Source: Macrostomum lignano
Lineage: Eukaryota
DNA length: 64,000 nucleotides
Assembly (NCBI GenBank): GCA_002269645.1
Contig: NIVC01001207.1
Location: forward strand, 85,541-149,540
Direction of reading: 5' to 3'
Part shown: positions 38,094-64,000 of the stretch, one piece after another
How the letters are laid out: each line of letters begins with the position of its first letter
Position numbering within the stretch: the first letter of the stretch is position 1
Translations under genes and position numbers: made by a program
The notes under the pieces: model-generated
Seen by the model: only the letters and a program-made list of their open reading frames with translations
The model's database searches: none
What the model was told of the DNA's origin: nothing

Positions 38094-41000
38094 ATGAGCG
38101 GACGGGGCAGCGGCAGCACCATGATTGAAGACCCGGCCATCCCGCTGGTTGGCGTCGGCCGAGCCAATGGCGGCGGCGGCGGCGGCGTCGGTGGCAGTTG
38201 CGGCAGCAACTACGGCTCTTCGTCTGGCCCAACAAAGACCTTCAAATACGAGAACGTTGGCGCTAGGCTGGCCAGACGCAAGGAGCTCTTTGTTCGCCGG
38301 AAGCTGATCGCAGATTTGAGCTTGTTCTTCGCGATGCTGGGCATCGTGATGATGATCATCGAGACCGAGCTCTGCATCGCCGGGATCTTCAACAAGGCTG
38401 GCGCCGGGTCCATCGTCATGAAGAGCCTCATCAGCGTCAGCACGGCCATATTACTGGGCTTCATCAGCTGGTATCACTACTTGGACATCAAGGTGTTCAT
38501 GATTGACAACTCGATGGACGATTGGCGCTTGGCTATCACCCTGTCAAGGGGCTTCCATCTGGCCATGGAGCTGCTGGTCTGCGCCATTCACCCAATCCCC
38601 GGCCAGCACATGGTGCAGATGCTGGCGTACGACAACACCAACAGCGTCAGGCTGATGCAGGCCATCCCAATAGATGTGATCTTCAGCCTGCCGATGTTCC
38701 TGCGCTTCTACCTGGTCTGCCGGGTCATGATGCTGCACAGCCGCCTGTACCAGGATGCCTCCTCGCAGAGTCTGGGCGCTCTGAACCGGATCCACTTCAA
38801 CTTCCGGTTCATATTCAAATCGTTGATGAATCTGTATCCCGAGTACGTGCTCACCGTGATGGCCCTGTTCCTGTTCATCTGGGCGTCTTGGGCTGTGCGC
38901 GCCTGCGAGATGTACCACGGGCCTGAGCACAGGAACTTCCTCAACAGCATGTGGATGACGGCCATCACTTTCCTGACGGTCGGCTACGGCGACATCGTGC
39001 CGGCCTCCTACTGCGGCCGCGGCATCGCCGTACTGACAGGTGACTTGGGCTGTCTAATCCGTTTGGTCTAAATCCCAGAACTATAAATCCTGGGATCACA
39101 ATTGTCCGGGATTCGAAAATCCCGGGATTGACCATCGGGATCCCTATCCTGCTTAGCAATAATTCAAACATTCATTATCGAGTAGTAATATCTGCAGCTG
39201 AGATACTTGTCAGGTGAAACTCATAACCCAGTTGTCCTACTTTGATTTCTTAATCCTTTAAGCATGTACGCTAGTGAGTAGAAGGCTATAGGGCTGCAGG
39301 GATACAAAACAGAAGCTGCTAGCAGGTCGTAAAGGTATTTAAGCTGTAAAAATGTAGAACTACTTTAAGCAGTCTCTAACTTCAAAACTCCTTGGCAGTA
39401 TAGTTGGGATTAGAATAGTGGGACCTTGCTATCGGACCACAACCCAAGCTACCAATTCTCCATCTAGGGCGGGTGCCCCTGGGAGGGTGAGGTCTGATCC
39501 CCTTATACCCAGGTATTAGTACCTCAGGTCATAGCTCAGTAAGCTATCATTCCCCAGGTTACATCGCAATCAAGTGTGATTTTCCTGAGCTGATACTGGC
39601 ATGTAAAAAAGCACGTCTACTATCATTACACCAGGGGGGAGGCCGTAGCCCAGCGGTAGCGCAGCTGCTCTGGTGTGCCAGCGACCCAGGCTCGATTCCA
39701 AGTGCAGTCACATTAATTTGGGGCTGAATTGGAATTTCGGCTTGGCTCGCTTGTGCAATTAACGGCCTTGAGAGCCAACCCCCCAAGGCGCAGTGAAGTG
39801 TACATGCCTAACGATAAAATAAAGTTAGGGCCGCTGTACACTCCTGTGTGAGTGTGTGCCTGTGCGTATGACTGCGTACGTATCCGCGCGCTTGTGTGCC
39901 TGCTCAGGGGAGTCGGTGGAATGGGCAGTAATAGAACGAGTGTATTTTTAAGACATTCAATTAGTGGGGGTTGAGTCAGCCCATTTGCGCGGGCATTCCA
40001 CTACAGGAAAAATACACGACTAGACCATGGGTCCACGGTGGCATGGACTCGACTAGTCATGGCTCCCGTGGACTCGACTAGTGGACTCAAGAAATCTAAT
40101 TTATAGAGAATATAGAATGTTAAAGATTATTAGATATTAACGTGGACCCATGGTCAAGTCGCGTATTTTTCCTGTAGTGGAATGCCTGACTAGTCCTCCG
40201 CCGTTAGGTGGTTGAGTACAGATAAGAAAAGGAATACTGGGGGTGGAATGCAAATGGGCTGGTGGAATGCAAATGGGCTGGTGGAATGCACGACTGAGGG
40301 AAGAGGCGAGATTGAGGAGCCAATCAGAAAGCAGCGAGGGTGAGAGATAACAAGACTGAACTAGACTGAAAGGGGGAGAAGACAGAGTAAACAGAGAAAA
40401 CAGATGAGGGCGTGGAGTGCGCGCCTGAGGAAAGAGGCGAGATTGAAGAGCCAATCAGAAAGCAGCGAGGGTGAGAGATAACAAGACTGAACTAGACTGA
40501 AAGGGGGAGAAGACAGAGTAAACAGAGAAAACAGATGAGGGCGTGGAGTGCGCGCCTGAGGAAAGAGGCGAGATTGAAGAGCCAATCAGAAAGCAGCGAG
40601 GGTGAGAGATAACAAGACTGAACTAGACTGAAAGGGGGAGAAGACAGAGTAAACAGAGAAAACAGATGAGGGCGTGGAGTGCGCGCCTGAGGAAAGAGGC
40701 GAGATTGAAGAGCCAATCACAAGGCACTGAGGGAGAGGGGAAAGCATGAAAAGACTGAAGTAGACAGAGGGAGAGAAAACAGAGTAAACAGAGACGTGGG
40801 CAGAGAAACTGAATAGATAACTAAGAAAGTTGCGACAAGCCAGCGCTAAGTCTTGCATCGTAAATTAACCAAAGCGTTCTTGCACTTTTAAATCGTTAAG
40901 TATCAAATTTCGAAATTCGAATCGATAAAATGGCTTCGATCGCTTTGAAGGAGGGAGGCCAAAGCGAACTTATATGGCATTCTAGCTTCTAGCTTCAGTG

Positions 41001-43051
41001 TGTATATTCTTAATTTAGAAGAAACCCGGCACACATCTTCCCAGAATTCTCATATTTCCCTGGCCTGTGGGGTTGGGTGGGTCGAATCCCAACTCAATGA
41101 TACGTCTGACAGAAATTTATTTATCTATGCAAGACATGAAAATCGATTTTTGGCGTTTGCTGAGGGCTTGCCCGTCTGGGTGAGCGGGCTGTCTCTGGAG
41201 ACCAGTTACCATTATGCACAGTTTTCTCACTCTCTCACTGGCTAAAGGTGAATACCAGAACTGAGAGGCCCTGCCGCGGTCAGTCAGTCAGTCAGTTAGT
41301 TCTGCGGATTATGAGTAGTTAGATGCGGATTAAGGGCCCCGACTTCAATTACTCATCAATTTAGTTTGGCCGTCTCAATTTTCTAACCGCATACTGTAGC
41401 TACACTGCACTGGAGGTGGGTGCCATCTGTCTCTCTGTCTATTTTGTGCTATTTTTCATCCGTATTTTTATTCTTGCTGTAGGGCAGGTTTGGGCCGGCC
41501 CGACAGAAGGTCCCAGACCGGCTAAAGAGATAGATATACTGAATAAATAAATATATTCAGTCAATTCCTTCAAAGCTTTAAAGCTTCAAAGTCCATCTGC
41601 ACGACTATTGGCTTTGCCTATGATTGGCTTTGGCAGTGCAACTGTAGTCTTCGAGCAGGATTAACTCTACTAATCCTTGGTTGGTGTTAATCTATAAGTA
41701 ACTGTGGCTTTGGGGCAATCTCTCTTTTTCTAAAATGATTACGTGGATTTCGCTGTTAAGCCACATCTCTGAGTCTGCACTTTGCTCAGTAGTAAGCTAA
41801 GTGTTCGAATGGAGAGAATGGTAACTAAGGACTGACTCTGGTTGCTCAACTGCTTAAGCCTCTCTTTTTGTATGTTATTTTTATGCTGTACAAATGGAGA
41901 AAGAGGAGAGAGGAGAGAGAGGAAAGAGGGAGGGTAGGAGAGAGAAGGTAGGAGAGGGAAGGGAGGGGAGGGAAGGGAGGGGAGGGAAGGAGGGGAGGAG
42001 AGGGAGGGTAGGAGAGGGAGGGTAGGAGAGGGAGGGTAGGAGAGAGAGGAAGGTAGGAGAGGGAGGGAGGGTAGGAGAGAGGAAGGTAGGAGAGGGAGGG
42101 TAAGAGACGGAGGGTAGGAGAGGGAAGGGTAGGAGAGGGAAGGGTAGGAGAGGGAGGGTAGGAGAGGGAGGGAGGGTAGGAGAGGGAGGGTAGGAGAGGG
42201 AGGGTAGGAGAGGGAGGGTAGGAGAGGGAGGGTAGGAGAGGGAGGGTAGGAGAGGGAGGGTAGGAGAGGGAGGGTAGGAGAGGGAGGGTAGGAGAGGGAG
42301 GGTAGGAGAGGGAGGGTAGGAGAGGAAGGGTAGGAGAGGGAGGGTAGGAGAGGGAAGGTAGGAGAGGGAAGGGTAGGAGAGGGAGGGTAGGAGAGGGAAG
42401 GGTAGGAGAGGGAAGGGTAGGAGAGGGAGGGTAGGAGAGGGAAGGGTAGGAGAGGGAGGGTAGGAGAGGGAGGGTAGGAGAGGGAGAGTATAGAATAGAT
42501 GAATCAGGAGTTACCGGAGTAAGGCAAGCAAATCGAAACAATAGAGAAGTAATTCAAGACGTGAAGCACCCCTCAGTGTCAAGCAGCTCATTACTTATAA
42601 AACCCCCCTTGCCCGCCTCCCAGGACTGTTCGGCACAGGTGTGACGGCTCTTGTAGTGGCCGTACTGGCCAGAAAGCTGGAACTGTCCAGAGCCGAGAAG
42701 TACGTGCACAATTTTGTGATTGATATCGAGCTGGACAAGCAGGTGAAACACGCGGCCGCGAACATCCTGAAGGAGGGCTGGCTGTCCTACAAGTACAAGC
42801 GGGCTGGCAATGCGACTAAGACGCTGAAGCACCAGCGTCGGCTGCTGCACTCCATCCACCGCATCCGAGAGCTACGCAACGATCAGAAACGGCTGGCGGA
42901 CAGTTCGGTGAGCCTGACGGAGATGTACCGCAACCAGGGCTTCATGCTGACTGGCCTGGCGTCCGTGCAGGCCAAGGCCAAGGAGACTGACGCTCACTTG
43001 CAGCGCATCGAGGAGAAACTCGACCGGCTGTTGCAGGCTCGGGGGCTCTGA
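38094..43051 (+). CDS. KCNN: Small-conductance Ca2+-activated K+ channel (SK/KCNN family), 457 aa, 2 coding exons
   Basis: Exons 38094-39039 and 42624-43051 (phase-1 GT-AG, total 1374 nt). S1-S6, pore TFLTVGYGDIVP, S6 TALVVAVLARKLEL, CaM-binding AEKYVHNF..KHAAANILKEGW, and a C-terminal coiled coil. Upstream non-coding or alternative exons are possible. Confidence 0.95.
39635..39815 (+). mobile_element. Short tRNA-derived SINE-like element in the KCNN intron
   Basis: A box TAGCCCAGCGG and B-box-like GGCTCGATTCC, followed by an unrelated body and an A-rich end. No TSD was found. Confidence 0.55.
39992..40186. repeat. 46-bp inverted repeat pair with a ~100-bp spacer
   Basis: 39992-40037 matches the reverse complement of 40141-40186 with 2 mismatches. 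No TSD. Confidence 0.85.
40290..40720 (+). repeat. 131-bp tandem repeat x ~3.3
   Basis: Identical spurious ORFs start 131 bp apart (40361, 40492). Confidence 0.9.
41885..42485 (+). repeat. 14-bp polypurine minisatellite
   Basis: ggagagggagggta units in the KCNN intron. Confidence 0.92.
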
Positions 43052-46000
43052 ACCACTGCCGTGTTCCAATGGTTGATAATAATTAATGTTGCAGGTTTCA
43101 GTAGTTCGATAATAGAAGGAGCCTCCGTCTGCTTTCAGAGGCAGAAATAGGTAATAATTAGGATTTTGAGCTTCAACCCAAGGACTAGTCAAGTAAGATT
43201 CTAGGAAACTACGTTTCTTGGACTTCTACGTCCCTTCTAGCAAAAGCAATAACAATTTTTGTGCTGAAAAATGAAAACCTCCTATCTCCGTAATGTATTT
43301 TTGAGGTAAAACCTAAAATTTACCAAGAAACGTATCGTCTTCCGTCCTTCTACTTGAGTAGTCCTTGCTTTTACCTTGCTTGTAAAAAAGTAGGTTATGC
43401 AGGGTTTGTTAGAATATAGTTATTTTAATTTCCAAGAGTAGAGAAACTATATTGAGTAGATAGTAAAGCAAAGTAGAGAAAATATTATAAAACCGATTCC
43501 GGTGTTTTTCAAAGCAAATTTCTTGGAAAATTTTGGTATTTATGGAATTTAAAGTTTAGCATTCCTAGAAACTGACTTGGCACTACGTCCATGTTTTTAC
43601 AGTTTTCTGAGAAACTGGACGCTGAGTTTTACGAAGCCGTTTAATCTTTCGTCGTTTAAGGAATTAGCACTGATTGTAACAAAGTTCAATTTTAATCAGC
43701 TTAAATTTTCATTCTCAATTAATCGATTGTTTCTTAACTTCACTGACCCGTCACAGGTTTAAGTTGTCAGCGTCCTCGCTAGGGATTTTAAATAAAATTT
43801 TGCCCAGAAACGAGACTTAGACTTAAGTTATTTTAAAAGTTATTCTAAACGTGGTGTCTTTAGCAAAGCGACTGCAATTTCTGGTTGTTTCTAATCTAGA
43901 AACAAGATCCAAGAAGTTGCATGTGCTCAGGACAGGAAATCTGCGGAATGGCCAGAATTGCCGTCCGCGCAGGTTGTGGGCACGATGTCGCCGAAAGGCG
44001 TTGCGCCATGGGGCCCGCACCCCCACCCGAAATTATTAGAAACGCTACATAAATATATGTTGCAGAAGTAGTTGGATTGAAAAGGTTTTGCCATAGAAAA
44101 ATTTCGAAAGAGAAAATTGGTTTGAAAAACTATTCCGGTAAAAAAGGCAATGCCGCAGTTTTGCTTGAGTTTTGCACATTTTCCAGCTTCCAATAGCATT
44201 TTTAATAGAAGCAAAACACCATGGCTAGTTTTAAATAATCTTTTTAAGAAAAGGGAAGTAATTAAGACATCAATTTAGCTGGGTAGTGATAAAAATAAAA
44301 CTTGCTGTCTCTTAACCAATTTGAAGCAACATCGGGCCTTTAAATAAGCCAGCAGTCGGAGGTATACGCTTATCCATCCATTGTCATTCTTGTGCTTCAT
44401 ATTTAAATTGTTCTCCATTTTGTTTTCGTCCAATGTTTAGCTAATAAAACGTGTGAAATCTTTGATTAAGACGCGATTACAGATAATCCGAATTCCTATT
44501 TCACTGTTCTCACCTCAGTTGACACACAATCCAGTGCTTTTATTATTATGATAACACTTTTCATTGTTTTAATCCTGCAGATATGGATTTATGACACGGA
44601 TTAAAGTCACAATTAATGCTGCTTTATAAACTTATTGTTATTTAAAGTGTGCGATTTAGTTTGAAATGGCCGGCTTATGCTGGGCAGAGTGCATTGTTGT
44701 CACTAATAACCAATCATTTGTTTTTGTTATCCTTATGCGCATACATAACACAGTTTTGTGTGATTATTTACTGCAGTTAATTAAAATTGTCGACTGCGAT
44801 CTGCGAATTGATATTTTTTTTTCAAATATAAATGTTGTTCTGCAACACTTTATAGTGTACTATTTTTGTCTTTTACAATTTTTTTTCAGACCAACAGGTC
44901 GGCATGCTTTATGAACTTATGTCGCAATTTCTTTACCTCTATTAGTTCTTCGTTAGCTCGTTTTCTTGCTTAATCATGACGTCAGCTTCTGTTTTTGCTA
45001 ATTTTAATCACCTTTTCGTCTCGCTGCTTCTCAATGTGGCAATTGTGTATTCATTATAAATCCATCCTCCCTTCGTGTTACGTGTTTACAAGTCATGTGT
45101 GCGATATGTTAAATGTTGGTTACCCAAAACTATATTAATATGATTGAAGATTTTGACAGTTTTACTTTCTGTTTTTAATTTCAATTTCAATGCTGATTGA
45201 ATTGTGTTGTTCCGGCGCCGTTTGGGTCGTTGCTGATGAATAAATCATATTTTTGCTGTCTCACTACATGAATAAAGCGTAGCATTCCTTTAAACGGCTT
45301 TGATTTTATTAATATTCTTGGCAAAACGGTTGCATGAGTTCACGATTAGTTTAGAGCATGATTTACATTTTAATGTTGATTAATATTTAAAACATCAATT
45401 AATTTTCCGGGTCACCGTGTACTTTGACATGCACAGCAGAGAAATGTTCCATCAGATCAGATGAACTTTTCCTGCCGCATGGATGTGTTTTTACCAAAAA
45501 TTTACTTTGCTGAATAAATGTTAGGGGAAGTAGACAAAAAGTACTTACAATACCAAACAGATTTTTCCTGCAAGTGAGTGCATGGGCATAACTTTTGTCC
45601 ACGTATGTCCGATAGGGATATGGAACGACGCAAGGTCGGACGGAACCCGACTCCGAGATATGGTTAAAATGCAATATCTGTAGCGACAAGCATACATATA
45701 CACCTAATTGCATGTTTGCATGAGTACAAGCGTCTAGGTATATGTACAGTATATCTTAATGTACATGTACTTCCTAGAATCGATATGCTCATGCATGATT
45801 CGCATGAATTTAAAATTTGAAGGAGCTTGTTGCATGTATATGATGTATTTTCTTGTGAAAAAAATAGAAGACCATTTAGAAAACAAGTATAAACAATAAG
45901 TGAATTTAAATATGCATGTAAGTATATATTTTTCATATATTTTTGTCGTTGTCAGTACGAATTGTATGCTTTATTGTAATTCAATTAGAATATTTAAGGT

Positions 46001-46633
46001 GTATTTTGAAGTCTGCATTGGATTGATTGGAATGTGTAATTGGAATGATAAATGGCAAATACGTGGACGTAAAAACACATTATATTAATAACATACTAGA
46101 ATGTTCTCGAATATATACTCGTATATATAGTACATACTGTGTACCTTTACTCACTTACAAGTCAAAGAACAACAAGATAGATGGATCATTATTTAATTTC
46201 ACGACAGAATAGTCAATAGTCACTCAAATACTTTCTAAGTTCTTTAAAGGTAATTTATTTTATATTACGGACAAGCTAACGAACAAAAATTATATCAAAT
46301 TTATCTGCAAAATTTATGTCTGCAGATTTCGTACTGTATCATTTTAAAGCTTGAAAAGAAAAAAAGTTTTTAAATCTGTTAAGGATGTCCATTAATAAAT
46401 AAATGACAGGGCGATGAATACAACAAAAACATTTTAAACATCGTGGATATTCACGTGAATTATCGATATTTATATATATTGATATATAGCTCGGACAAAT
46501 TAATGTTCGACAGAATTGAACTGATTAAAGATTTTCACGCGTATCTTATTTTATTTTATAGTCTAAAGGTTATACAGAATTGAAATAATCCTGCTTTTTA
46601 ACAAACTGTTTCTTTGATTAAAAAGAATTCATA

Positions 46634-64000
<17,367 letters not shown>

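Noticed and set aside
37810-39715. tRNA genes at 37.8 kb (-) and 39.64 kb (+)
   Set aside because: A and B boxes are present, but no full cloverleaf could be built and both continue into SINE bodies.

Overview
Eukaryotic (invertebrate metazoan) genomic DNA with spliceosomal introns, GC-rich exons and many minisatellites. The style is reminiscent of a flatworm such as Macrostomum, but the species cannot be shown from the sequence. No database search was run; family assignments rest on motif recognition. Bases 1-17.8 kb are a transposon island with four elements. (1) A decayed single-ORF Ingi-like LINE (minus strand; signal-like leader, 2A-like peptide, two PHD fingers, APE, RT, RNase H, CCHC). 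(2) A 1.3-kb foldback MITE that interrupts that LINE. (3) An 8.07-kb Foldback/Mutator element with 9-bp TSDs and TIRs built from 186-bp tandem arrays; it encodes a spliced transposase-Ulp1 protease-PHD fusion. (4) A 5'-truncated Loa/Lian-like LINE. Three host genes follow on the + strand: TOLLIP (3 coding exons), an SK/KCNN Ca2+-activated K+ channel (2 coding exons) and an SLC6 amino-acid transporter (10 exons, running off the window). The SLC6 has non-canonical ion-site residues. Its intron 5 holds a full-length, apparently intact copy of the Loa-like LINE (13-bp TSD, TAATG stop-start overlap) inside a hairpin-rich satellite. Two tRNA-derived SINEs and more than 15 tandem arrays fill the introns and intergenic DNA. 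There is no CRISPR array, rRNA or true tRNA gene.
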